Below are positions 1 through 8,229 of a stretch of DNA of 38,395 nucleotides, piece by piece. The position numbers and the translations under genes were made by a program. The DNA comes from a virus. Its lineage: Duplodnaviria; Caudoviricetes. Below the pieces are notes generated by a model that was not told the origin of the DNA, did not search any database, and saw nothing but the letters and a program-made list of their open reading frames with translations. Position 1 is the stretch's first letter. The number at the start of each line of letters is the position of its first letter. The stretch is taken from the IMG/VR virus record IMGVR_UViG_3300030095_001230, positions 1 through 38,395 of that record. One strand, 5' to 3'.

Positions 1-2
1 AT

Positions 3-452
3 ATTTTATCAAGCACATCAAATACTTTTTATCTTACAGGTGTTCAAATGGAAGTAGGCGAATATACTTCTTCTACTATACCAGATTTTCAACATGAAGA
101 TTTTGGAGATAACTTAGCTAGGTGTCAAAGATATTTCTTTAAAAATAATAGTGTTGCTAATATGCCTATGGCAAGTGGTGTCTGTAATGGCACAACAAAT
201 GCAAGAGCAGTTTATTATTTTCCAAAAACAATGAGAGCAAATCCTTCTTTAGATAAATCTTCTAGTACAGATTTTAAAGTTCAAATTGGTGGCTCAGTAC
301 ATGATACAACAAATGTAGCTTTTTATTATCAAAATTTAAATCAAGCATTATTATATGTTGATGTATCATCTGGTCTAACTGATGGAAAAGGTTGTTTAGT
401 AATAGATGATGGTGGCTCAAATATTTTTATATCTGGGAGTGCAGAGTTATGA
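3..452 (+). CDS. Tail fibre/receptor-binding protein, C-terminal part (5'-truncated by window)
   Basis: Frame is open from base 3 (ILSSTSNTFYLTGVQMEVG...). The TGVQxEVG...LARCQRYF...MRANPS motifs are typical of phage tail-fibre C-terminal domains. Confidence 0.8.
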   Translation: MLSSTSNTFYLTGVQMEVGEYTSSTIPDFQHEDFGDNLARCQRYFFKNNSVANMPMASGVCNGTTNARAVYYFPKTMRANPSLDKSSSTDFKVQIGGSVHDTTNVAFYYQNLNQALLYVDVSSGLTDGKGCLVIDDGGSNIFISGSAEL

Positions 453-619
453 TTAATACAGTAAAAAAATTAAATGTAGATGGAGTTTTTTCTAACTCAT
501 ATTTACTGACTTTAGAAAATGGTAATACATTGTATGTACCTAAAGACGAAGCTAACACAGACTATCAAAATATTCTTCAATGGGTAGCAGATGGTAATAC
601 AATACAGGAGGCTGATTAA
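449..619 (+). CDS. Small tail-fibre assembly chaperone-like protein (56 aa; not in ORF track)
   Basis: MINTVKK...VPKDEANTDYQNILQWVADGNTIQEAD; PxDxxNxDYQ..W...GN motif; ATGA overlap upstream and TAATG overlap downstream. Confidence 0.75.
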   Translation: MINTVKKLNVDGVFSNSYLLTLENGNTLYVPKDEANTDYQNILQWVADGNTIQEAD

Positions 620-1641
620 TGACCTATGTAGGTGCAGTACCCACAACTGGAGATTTTAAAAAATTAGATGCGATAACAGCTAGTGCTACTGCTACATATA
701 ATTTAAGGCAAGGTGGTGTTGCAGTATATCCTCAAAGTAGTTCACATTGTTTAGTGGTACTAAACGGAATTTTACAAACAGGTGGCAGTAGTTTTAATAT
801 CGTAAATGACACAATAGTTTTTGCAGAAGCCTTAACATCAAGTGATGTAATAAATCAAATCCTAGTATTAGGTAATGTTAATGATATTGGTGTACCAAGT
901 GATGACACAGTATCTACTGCAAAGATACAAGCAGACGCAATCAATGCAACTAAGATAGCAGACGATAGTATCTCAGATGAACATTTAGATATAACAGCAA
1001 TCACAGGTCAAACAGCAATTACCTCTTTAGCAGATACCGATAAGTTTTTAGTATCTGATGCAAGTGATAGTGGTAATCTTAAATATGTAGAGAAACAATA
1101 TTTACCAAAAGGTACTTTAGTAGAAGTAGCACAATCAAGTATTGCGGCTGGGTCTAGTGTAGCGGCAGTTGAGTTTTCAAATATATTTTCTTCTAGTTAT
1201 AATACTTACTTTGTTAGAATGAGTAAAATTAGATTTGTTGGAGATACGAGTTTACAAATGAGATTTTATTCTGACACAGGAACTACTGAATATACTGGTT
1301 CTTATTATTATTATGTTCGTTATGGTCTTGAAGTTGGAGGAAGTAGAGAAGATAATACGGGAAATGGGTCAGACAGATTATATCTTTGTGCAACTTTAGA
1401 TTATAACCAACCAGCAGATGGTGGATCAACAGGATTTTTTTACATTGATAATCCACTTGCAAACGATAGTTTTTCTGTAAATGTAACAGGTCAATTTGGT
1501 TATCGTAATAATAGTGATAAATTTAACGGAATAAATTTTGCTGGTAAATATAGTGGTAGTTCAGCAAGATATGGATTTAAACTATATGGCTCAAGTAATG
1601 TAGAGTACGCAGATATAACAGTTTACGGAGTAACACCATAA
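619..1641 (+). CDS. Tail fibre protein
   Basis: Gly/Ser/Thr-rich; N-terminal fibre-type domain; short STAKIQADA/NATKIADDS repeats; RBS GGAGG; followed by a chaperone gene. Confidence 0.75.
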   Translation: MTYVGAVPTTGDFKKLDAITASATATYNLRQGGVAVYPQSSSHCLVVLNGILQTGGSSFNIVNDTIVFAEALTSSDVINQILVLGNVNDIGVPSDDTVSTAKIQADAINATKIADDSISDEHLDITAITGQTAITSLADTDKFLVSDASDSGNLKYVEKQYLPKGTLVEVAQSSIAAGSSVAAVEFSNIFSSSYNTYFVRMSKIRFVGDTSLQMRFYSDTGTTEYTGSYYYYVRYGLEVGGSREDNTGNGSDRLYLCATLDYNQPADGGSTGFFYIDNPLANDSFSVNVTGQFGYRNNSDKFNGINFAGKYSGSSARYGFKLYGSSNVEYADITVYGVTP

Positions 1642-1955
1642 TGAAAGCATGGAATAATGGACAATTAAGAGAACTATCGGCTGAAGAAATTGCAGTTATA
1701 GAAGCTGATAGAAAAGCATGGAATGATGCAAGCGCAACTAGAAAACTTGCACATATAAAAGAAATTAGATTACAAAAATTACAAGAAACAGATTATCTTG
1801 CTATGTCAGATAATACGATGCCAGACAACATAAAGACATGGCGACAATCTTTAAGAGATATACCAGCTAACCATACTGATGAAAACGCATACGACTTATT
1901 ACTAGCAAGAGATAGTGATGGAAACTTAACACATTCAATTTGGAGTAAACCATGA
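1641..1955 (+). CDS. Tail fibre assembly chaperone (Phage_tail_APC-like)
   Basis: R..KLQETDY...WRQSLRDIP motif; translationally coupled to the upstream fibre gene. Confidence 0.8.
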   Translation: MKAWNNGQLRELSAEEIAVIEADRKAWNDASATRKLAHIKEIRLQKLQETDYLAMSDNTMPDNIKTWRQSLRDIPANHTDENAYDLLLARDSDGNLTHSIWSKP

Positions 1956-2539
1956 GCTTAGTTAAATTAAATGCAAGATCAGCAACAGCTTTAGATGCAA
2001 CAGTATTAACTGGTAATTTACCAGCTATTAGTGGTGCTAGTTTAACTGGCTTATCTAGTGGACTAACAGTAGGTGACCAATGGAGAGTAAGTTCTGCTTT
2101 TGATGGAGCAGCTAATCCTCCTACAGCGTGGGAAAGAGTTGATACAAGTGGTCAAGGTACTTTAGGAAGTGCCATGACTGTTAGTTCTGGGTATTTTTCA
2201 TTTCCTTCAACAGGAATTTATTTAGTTCAAGCACAAAGACAAGGATATTGTCCAAATAAAGCAGCTAATATTCATATACTTTTAAAAGTAACTACAAATA
2301 ATTCAAGTTATACAACAGTTTCACAAGGGTATGGTAAAACACAACCTAACTCACAAGACCCTTCAAACAATGACCATTATACAGTTACAACATCTAGTCT
2401 TATTGATGTTACTGATACAAGTAATGTAAAATTTTGGTGTGGTTTTTCACATTATGGTAGTGTTAGTAGTTTAACAACTGTTGGAGACACTAACCAAAAT
2501 AATAGTTTTGTTACAATTTTAAGATTAGGAGATACATAA
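1952..2539 (+). CDS. Short tail fibre/receptor-binding protein with C1q/TNF-like beta-sandwich
   Basis: LPAISGASLTGL linker followed by SGYFSFPSTGIYLV motif. Confidence 0.65.
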   Translation: MSLVKLNARSATALDATVLTGNLPAISGASLTGLSSGLTVGDQWRVSSAFDGAANPPTAWERVDTSGQGTLGSAMTVSSGYFSFPSTGIYLVQAQRQGYCPNKAANIHILLKVTTNNSSYTTVSQGYGKTQPNSQDPSNNDHYTVTTSSLIDVTDTSNVKFWCGFSHYGSVSSLTTVGDTNQNNSFVTILRLGDT

Positions 2540-2540
2540 A

Positions 2541-2765
2541 ATGAGACCAAATCATATTGAACAAGCATTGTGTAAGATGCACGATAACCAATGGTTTATA
2601 TGGACAGATAGCAATAATAAAATTTATGCTAATTTAAGATTAAATCCTAAAATTGGTGTTGATGGTAATATCGTAGATAATCCAGTAACAGAATTACCAA
2701 CTGAAACAGCAGTAAATACAAAACTTACAGAACTACAAACAGCTTGGGATAATGCAAATGATTAA
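2541..2765 (+). CDS. Small tail-fibre-associated protein
   Basis: 74 aa ending PTETAVNTKLTELQTAWD; RBS AGGAG; same fibre+partner arrangement as the two upstream pairs. Confidence 0.6.
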   Translation: MRPNHIEQALCKMHDNQWFIWTDSNNKIYANLRLNPKIGVDGNIVDNPVTELPTETAVNTKLTELQTAWDNAND

Positions 2766-2805
2766 TCCTTGTTGCGAAGATGGAAAGTGTATTTGTGGTA
2801 AATGA
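2758..2805 (+). CDS. Putative 15-aa Cys-rich micro-protein (MINPCCEDGKCICGK)
   Basis: Exactly bridges two genes: overlaps the upstream stop and has an ATGA overlap with the start at 2802; 4 Cys in 15 residues. Confidence 0.5.
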   Translation: MINPCCEDGKCICGK

Positions 2806-3455
2806 AAACATTATTCATACTACTAGCTGCAATAACTTTTATTGCTGTATCAACTGACGTAAGATCTGATGATAACAATGCCACCAATACATCTGGCAGT
2901 AATACAATCATAGACGGAAATTACGAAACAACTAACAACAATACATATCAATCTGGATCATCTAATGACACGACTTCTACAACGACTAACAACACAACCA
3001 ACTCTACAAGTAATAAGTCTACTATACCACCTCCTAGTGCCAACGCACCTTCGTATTCAAGTATGTCTCAAGATGTGTGTAGCATGGGTGTTAGTGGCTC
3101 TGTTACTACCAGCCTTGTTGGGGTTAGTGGGGGTCGTCATTTCGTGGATACCAACTGTGAACGAATTAAATTAGCAAAAGTAACAAAAGATTTTGGAATG
3201 TCTGTGGCAGCTGTGTCAATACTGTGCCAGGATGAAAGAGTGTTTGCAGCGATGATGATTTCTAATACTCCTTGTCCAGCACCAGGTGGATTGCTTGGAG
3301 ATGCAGCTATTAAATTTTGGAAAACATATCCAAAACTAAGACCAGATTATGAAACATATATTAAAAATGAGGAATACATGGCATCCATTAGGATTGAAGA
3401 AATGTGTAAAGATTGCAACGATCCTTTTGAGCCTATTTCTCTCCACGACAGGTAA
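2802..3455 (+). CDS. Secreted/periplasmic Cys-containing hypothetical protein
   Basis: N-terminal signal peptide, Asn/Thr/Ser-rich linker, PPPSANAP...QDVC...DTNCERIKLAK core. Confidence 0.75.
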   Translation: MKTLFILLAAITFIAVSTDVRSDDNNATNTSGSNTIIDGNYETTNNNTYQSGSSNDTTSTTTNNTTNSTSNKSTIPPPSANAPSYSSMSQDVCSMGVSGSVTTSLVGVSGGRHFVDTNCERIKLAKVTKDFGMSVAAVSILCQDERVFAAMMISNTPCPAPGGLLGDAAIKFWKTYPKLRPDYETYIKNEEYMASIRIEEMCKDCNDPFEPISLHDR

Positions 3456-4875
3456 GAGTGAAACTGTAAACACAGGAAACATATTAACCAATTCTACGTT
3501 TGGTACTGGTACTACTTACGATACTACTGGCTGGACAATAGATGAGCATACTCATGGTCATAATAATATGGCAGCTGGTGGTGGTAATAATCCTGGTGGA
3601 TCGGTAGCAGCAGAAGAAAATACAATTATAAGTCAAACTGTTTCTCTGGCAGATGACACTAATATGATTACCGAAGAAATACAAAGTGGGTGGTCATCAA
3701 CTCTATCTGCTGATCTTTGGTTTTGGAATGACTATGATAATACAGTTACTTTAAAACAAACAATAACTGGATCGGATGGAACGACATCAGTTAATCAAAG
3801 AATTATAGAAGATACTGGATGTGGATCTATAAACTGTGGTCAGTTTGTTAATTATAGTGATACTTATATTCAAGGTGTAAACACACAAACAGATTTTGAT
3901 ATTAAAGTTGATGTTACAAACACCAATAGTCTTACTGGTCATTGGGGAGCAGATATTGATGATATAGAATTATCTGTTTCTTATACAAAATACAATCCTA
4001 TTACTAATGACATCCAAGAAGATTTAGATACCATTGATGATATTAATTTTGATTATGAAGAAATAGATTTTGCTATACCAGAAGAAATATGGACAGATGT
4101 TTGGACAGATTTTGAGGATGTATTCATAGAAGAAGAATTATTTGAAGAAGAATTTGAAACAATATTCCTAGAGGAGTTTGAGGACTTTGAGGAATTTGAA
4201 GAAGCTGCATTTGAAGAATTAGAAGTACCAGAAGAATTTGAAAGTTTCTTTTCGGAAGAATTTACCGATGAAGAAATGGAAATAATAGAGGAAGAATTTG
4301 CAGATGAATTTACTGATGAGATTATGGATGAAGTTGTGGAGGATGAACCAACCGAACTCTCCGAAGCCAAAGAAGAAGAAATCATTGAAGAAGCAGCCAA
4401 CGAAGAAAAAGAAGTTGCTAGTAAAGAAGAAGAAACAAAAGAAGAAATAACTGAGGAGAAAGATAATGAACCAATTACAGAAGAAGAAACCAAAACCGAG
4501 AAAGCCGAAGGGGTACTAAAAGAAGATAAAGAAGTTGAGGTTGCTGAAACCAAAGATAATAAAATTAACATAGAAGTTAATGATAATGTATCGGTAGTAG
4601 TAAAAGAAATTTCTTTATTCGATAATGGTAATCAATTAGCTGCTTACGATAATACAGATTTTTACCAGCCAGAAACTATTTATTCTGATGTTGATAGTGC
4701 TTTGTTTATCCAGGCAGATCTATCCATTTATAACAAGGGTATTTATCTCAACATAGGATTAGATAATTATATTTCTACTGATCCAGTTGGACAGCATGAA
4801 CAAAAATTATACGAGATTAAAGTAAACAAAATACAATTAATGATTGAGTTGCAAAAGTTAAAGGAATTATTATGA
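3349..4875 (+). CDS. Secreted protein: putative carbohydrate-binding jelly-roll domain + very acidic linker + C-terminal coiled coil (start uncertain)
   Basis: Signal-like KIATILLSLFLSTTGKS; NILTNSTF..GW..SQTVSL..GHWGADIDDIELSV; long Glu/Asp-rich tract at about 4005-4560. Confidence 0.7.
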   Translation: MKHILKMRNTWHPLGLKKCVKIATILLSLFLSTTGKSETVNTGNILTNSTFGTGTTYDTTGWTIDEHTHGHNNMAAGGGNNPGGSVAAEENTIISQTVSLADDTNMITEEIQSGWSSTLSADLWFWNDYDNTVTLKQTITGSDGTTSVNQRIIEDTGCGSINCGQFVNYSDTYIQGVNTQTDFDIKVDVTNTNSLTGHWGADIDDIELSVSYTKYNPITNDIQEDLDTIDDINFDYEEIDFAIPEEIWTDVWTDFEDVFIEEELFEEEFETIFLEEFEDFEEFEEAAFEELEVPEEFESFFSEEFTDEEMEIIEEEFADEFTDEIMDEVVEDEPTELSEAKEEEIIEEAANEEKEVASKEEETKEEITEEKDNEPITEEETKTEKAEGVLKEDKEVEVAETKDNKINIEVNDNVSVVVKEISLFDNGNQLAAYDNTDFYQPETIYSDVDSALFIQADLSIYNKGIYLNIGLDNYISTDPVGQHEQKLYEIKVNKIQLMIELQKLKELL

Positions 4876-5369
4876 TACAAAAACTAACTAACTACGCATC
4901 TATTATAGGTGTCATTGGTGCTATTGGTGGTGGCTTTTATGCCTGGGGAGAGTTTAATACTCGACTTGATGGTATAGAAAATAAAGAATTTGTTGTTAAT
5001 GAAACAGTTGATCTTGCTCCAGTTAATGAAAAGATTTCTGATTTAGAAGTAGAAATATTAGATCGTATGTCAGCACTAGAAGATGAGTGGATGGCTAGAG
5101 ATAATGATAGTAACGATGATATATTAAATGATATTGCTGGAGTTCAATTAGAAATAAAATCTTTAATAGATAAAATGGATAATGCAGATCGACAGCTGCA
5201 ACTAAATATTGTCGAGTTATCAGATAAAACTTTTAAAGAGTTTGGTAAGATGAGAGATCTTATTAATGAATTAAATAAAAAGATTGCTATTGCTGAAAAG
5301 CAAAGTGAATTAAATAAAATATTAATTGATGAAATAAAAGCTGAAGCAAGTAATCCTTTAGGTGGGTAA
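4872..5369 (+). CDS. Membrane-anchored coiled-coil protein (i-spanin-like topology)
   Basis: Single N-terminal TM segment (ASIIGVIGAIGGGFYAW) then heptad-like sequence; ATGA overlap. Confidence 0.65.
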   Translation: MIQKLTNYASIIGVIGAIGGGFYAWGEFNTRLDGIENKEFVVNETVDLAPVNEKISDLEVEILDRMSALEDEWMARDNDSNDDILNDIAGVQLEIKSLIDKMDNADRQLQLNIVELSDKTFKEFGKMRDLINELNKKIAIAEKQSELNKILIDEIKAEASNPLGG

Positions 5370-5590
5370 TGTTTAATATCTTTGCAACAATCTGTTTTTT
5401 ACAATTATCTTCTTTGCCAACAGTTTGCATTTCTAATGGTTACATCGCTATTGATTTTGAAACAAAAGATGAGTGTTTATTAAAAAGAAATATGCTTGTT
5501 GAACAAATAGATAGAGATTTAAAATTTAGAAATGTATCAATGTTTCTTTCTTGCCATGAAAAAATAACCTGGGAGCAAACAGATGCCTGA
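5369..5590 (+). CDS. Small Cys-containing exported/membrane hypothetical protein
   Basis: Hydrophobic N-terminus, 4 Cys, FETKDEC motif; TAATG coupling. Confidence 0.6.
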   Translation: MFNIFATICFLQLSSLPTVCISNGYIAIDFETKDECLLKRNMLVEQIDRDLKFRNVSMFLSCHEKITWEQTDA

Positions 5591-5780
5591 GTCATGGGAA
5601 AAACAAATTGCTGAATTGCAAACTGACATTAAGCATATGTTGCACAGCCAAGAGATTATGCAAAAGCAAATAAGAGATCTCCAACGCATGAGCAATATGG
5701 GTGCTGGAGGTTTAAAAGTATTATTAATTGTAGGAGCTTGTTTAGCTGCGATGTACACCTGGATCAGATTATTAGATTAG
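5583..5780 (+). CDS. Coiled-coil + C-terminal TM protein (XhlA/holin-like)
   Basis: N-terminal coiled coil then GAGGLKVLLIVGACLAAMYTWI hydrophobic helix. Confidence 0.6.
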   Translation: MPESWEKQIAELQTDIKHMLHSQEIMQKQIRDLQRMSNMGAGGLKVLLIVGACLAAMYTWIRLLD

Positions 5781-5781
5781 T

Positions 5782-6075
5782 TTGTCTTATTCTAAAATTG
5801 CCAAAGGTATGCAATCTGAATTTATTGCTGCTGCTTGGTTATCAAAAAAAGATTATACAATTTATTGGAAAACACAGGACAATGATCCAATAGATTTAGT
5901 TGCAGTTCATAGAGTTACTGGAGCTGTAATTAAAATAGATGTTAAAACAGCATCTATAAGAAAGACCTGGAAGCCAGGCACTTTGATTACAAGAACACAA
6001 TCAAAATATCAAAAACAATTAGGTGTTAAGATCCTATATGTTTTCAAGAATGGAGAATGCAAATGGAAAAAATAA
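5782..6075 (+). CDS. Small PD-(D/E)XK endonuclease (Holliday-junction-resolvase/YraN-like)
   Basis: G..SE..AAAWL...Y....PIDLVA....IKIDVKT motif; TTG start. Confidence 0.7.
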   Translation: MSYSKIAKGMQSEFIAAAWLSKKDYTIYWKTQDNDPIDLVAVHRVTGAVIKIDVKTASIRKTWKPGTLITRTQSKYQKQLGVKILYVFKNGECKWKK

Positions 6076-6167
6076 AATATTTTTGGAACGGACTTACTAA
6101 AAGAGGGAAGCTTCTTACAGTATTTCTTATAATTGTACTTGCTGTAATTGCTTACGGACAATTCTAA
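6063..6167 (+). CDS. 34-aa single-TM peptide (not in ORF track)
   Basis: MEKIKYFWNGLTKRGKLLTVFLIIVLAVIAYGQF; RBS GGAG upstream; TAATG overlap with the holin start. Confidence 0.65.
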   Translation: MEKIKYFWNGLTKRGKLLTVFLIIVLAVIAYGQF

Positions 6168-6562
6168 TGTGGCAATTACTTTTAAAACCTTTGATGGGTG
6201 TCGCTGGCGATGCCGTCAAGGGTTTTGTAGAAACTAAAAAAATTAAAAGTGAAATAAAAATCACAGAAATTAAAGCAGAAAAAAAGAGATTAGAGGACAT
6301 AGCTGCTGGTAAAATAAAGTGGGAGCAAACAGCTGTTGATCAAATGAAGGGAAGCTGGAAAGATGAATTTGTTTTGCTTGCGCTAATGATCCCAGCAATT
6401 TGTGCCTTCATAAAACCTTTACAACCACACATAGCAGATGGTTTTGAAATCCTCTCAACACTCCCTGAGTATTATAAACACCTCTTATATCTTGCGTGCA
6501 GCGTGTCGCTTGGATATCGTGCAGCACCTGGAGTAATGGGATTATTTGGTAAAAAGAAGTAA
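6167..6562 (+). CDS. Holin (GTA 3TM holin-like)
   Basis: SWKDE motif, two C-terminal hydrophobic segments, basic C-terminus (FGKKK). Confidence 0.7.
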   Translation: MWQLLLKPLMGVAGDAVKGFVETKKIKSEIKITEIKAEKKRLEDIAAGKIKWEQTAVDQMKGSWKDEFVLLALMIPAICAFIKPLQPHIADGFEILSTLPEYYKHLLYLACSVSLGYRAAPGVMGLFGKKK

Positions 6563-6628
6563 AAAAAAACCCTCATATTTGACCATACAAGGGTTTGTAG
6601 CAAGGGGGTAGTGTGTTTATACCCCCCT
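6561..6628. terminator. Tandem hairpins between convergent late operon and integrase
   Basis: AAACCCT(6567-73)/AGGGTTT(6590-96) preceded by A9 (U-tract on the minus strand), and GGGGGTA(6604-10)/TACCCCC(6620-26). Confidence 0.6.
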
Positions 6629-6678
6629 AAATTTCCTAAAAATATATAAAATGATGAGAGTAAGGATTAAGATATAAA

Positions 6679-7845
6679 TCAATTCAAGTACCCAGCAATT
6701 TCATTTTGATCTTCTCTATTCTTATCAAAGTTTACCCATTTACCCCTGACATAATGATCTGAGATCTGTTTACTTCCATGTCCAGCATCAGCCATTATGT
6801 TTTTCTTTTTATGTGCAAGGTAATCTCTTAAAGTAATAACAAAGACTCTAAAACTATGAGGATTAATTCTTCCAACAACTCCCAGCTCACTATTAAATTT
6901 ATTTAGTATTCTATTACTAAAATTGTTTCCCTGAATAATAGTATTTCTACTACTAGGAAATAATAATTTTGTTTCTGGTTTATGCTGCATCAATAATTGT
7001 TTAATTAATATTCCCATAGGTTTTGATAAAGCAACAGTTCGCATACCAGTTGATGTCTTTGTTTGATAATGCAGTTCATTGTTACCAGTATTAACTGTTT
7101 TGTTAATGTCGATTGTATTCGTTCCAGGATTATAATCAGTAATTAATAAAGGTAAAACCTCCCCACATCTTCCTCCCAGCTCACACATTAGTCTAACCAT
7201 AACATAGTGTTGATAGTTCCATGATTTCAATTTGTCTAATAAGCCATTGATTTTCTTTAATGACTCATCGAACCCACCCTGAACAATAACTGGATCTTGT
7301 TTATTTTCCTCGTAATCTTTTTTAATAGATTTATATTCATCACGATCAACTTCTCTACATGGATTGAATTGATTTCCTAAATTATAATTAAGAGCATATT
7401 TAAATAATCTTGTTAATAAATTAAAACATTGTTTATTAGAACGCACACTAAAATTTTCATTCATATGTACATTAATTAAATTTACATCAGGAACAGTAAA
7501 ATCTTTGACATGAATATCACTAATAAAAATATTTTTTATTTTAATAGTCCACAGCTGCTTTGCACAATAATCATAATCATTAAATGTAGAAGATGATGGT
7601 GGATTTTTTCTATTCTCTAAACTTGCTCTATATTTGTTGTAAGTATCTTTAAGTGAAACAAAATCTAATCCGTAAAGATTATTTTTTATTTGCAAATCAA
7701 TCTCATCTTTTAAACGAGAGCAAGGTATTAATTCTTTTTCAGTAATTCTTTTTTTCTTCTTTGGATTTTCAGCATCTATAATTTCAAAATAATGTTTTTG
7801 TCTAGCTGTCCAATAATAAATATTAGTAGTTGAATATCGACTCAT
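6679..7845 (-). CDS. int: Tyrosine recombinase / phage integrase
   Basis: Catalytic motifs GGRCGEVL (R), TKT (K), HSFR (HxxR), AGH...DHY (H, Y); 388 aa with N-terminal extension; adjacent to attP. Confidence 0.95.
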   Translation of the reverse strand: MSRYSTTNIYYWTARQKHYFEIIDAENPKKKKRITEKELIPCSRLKDEIDLQIKNNLYGLDFVSLKDTYNKYRASLENRKNPPSSSTFNDYDYCAKQLWTIKIKNIFISDIHVKDFTVPDVNLINVHMNENFSVRSNKQCFNLLTRLFKYALNYNLGNQFNPCREVDRDEYKSIKKDYEENKQDPVIVQGGFDESLKKINGLLDKLKSWNYQHYVMVRLMCELGGRCGEVLPLLITDYNPGTNTIDINKTVNTGNNELHYQTKTSTGMRTVALSKPMGILIKQLLMQHKPETKLLFPSSRNTIIQGNNFSNRILNKFNSELGVVGRINPHSFRVFVITLRDYLAHKKKNIMADAGHGSKQISDHYVRGKWVNFDKNREDQNEIAGYLN

Positions 7846-7879
7846 TTTCCCTTTCTTTTTTGTTTAGCAACATATGCTA

Positions 7880-7908
7880 TTTATAGTATATATTTTATTT
7901 TATTGCAA
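7880..7908 (-). promoter_or_regulatory. Sigma70-type promoter for int
   Basis: TTGCAA-17 bp-TATAAA on the minus strand; the -35 overlaps an arm-type repeat at 7907-7914. Confidence 0.6.
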
Positions 7909-8133
7909 CTGACACTTTCACTTTTGTCAGTTAGTGCTGTCAGTAAATCTGTCAGTTAGTAGTACATATAATGGCGTATTTACTAGGGATATAATGGGAT
8001 ATAAAGGTATATACTAAATTTAAATAATGGCAGAAAACAAGGATAAAAAAAAAAGAGCTTTTGATTAACAGACACTAGCTACCCCCAATAAAACAGCCAT
8101 AAATCAACACGCTGTCAGTTAATATGTCAATTA
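7907..8133. mobile_element. attP: arm-type repeats, Xis-type repeats and symmetric core
   Basis: TGTCAGTTA-like repeats at 7907-14 (inverted), 7925-33, 7938-46, 7950-58, 8113-21, 8125-33; 10-bp direct repeats GGGATATAAW at 7986-8005; dyad core AGCnnnTGA-TTAACAG-ACAnnnGCT at 8056-8080; IHF-like AATCAACACGCTG at 8102-14. Confidence 0.8.
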
Positions 8134-8190
8134 ACTATTTTAAAATCTCCAAAAACCAAGGTACAAAATCGATTGCTCCTTTACTTTTAT

Positions 8191-8219
8191 TTGAAATGTA
8201 GCAAATTATTCTATAAAGG
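8191..8219 (+). promoter_or_regulatory. Promoter for tRNA-Asn
   Basis: TTGAAA-17 bp-TAAAGG ending 10 bp before the tRNA. Confidence 0.5.
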
Positions 8220-8229
8220 ATTTTCAAGT

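Noticed and set aside
3-2539. Diversity-generating retroelement or invertase acting on fibres
   Set aside because: No reverse transcriptase, template/variable repeat pair or invertase is visible in the window.
4053-4571. 172-aa Ser-rich minus-strand ORF
   Set aside because: Antisense shadow of the GAA-rich acidic tract in the 3349-4875 gene.
7907-8133. Short repeats as a possible CRISPR array
   Set aside because: 9-bp repeats with 3-4 bp gaps and no spacers or cas genes; they fit integrase arm sites.
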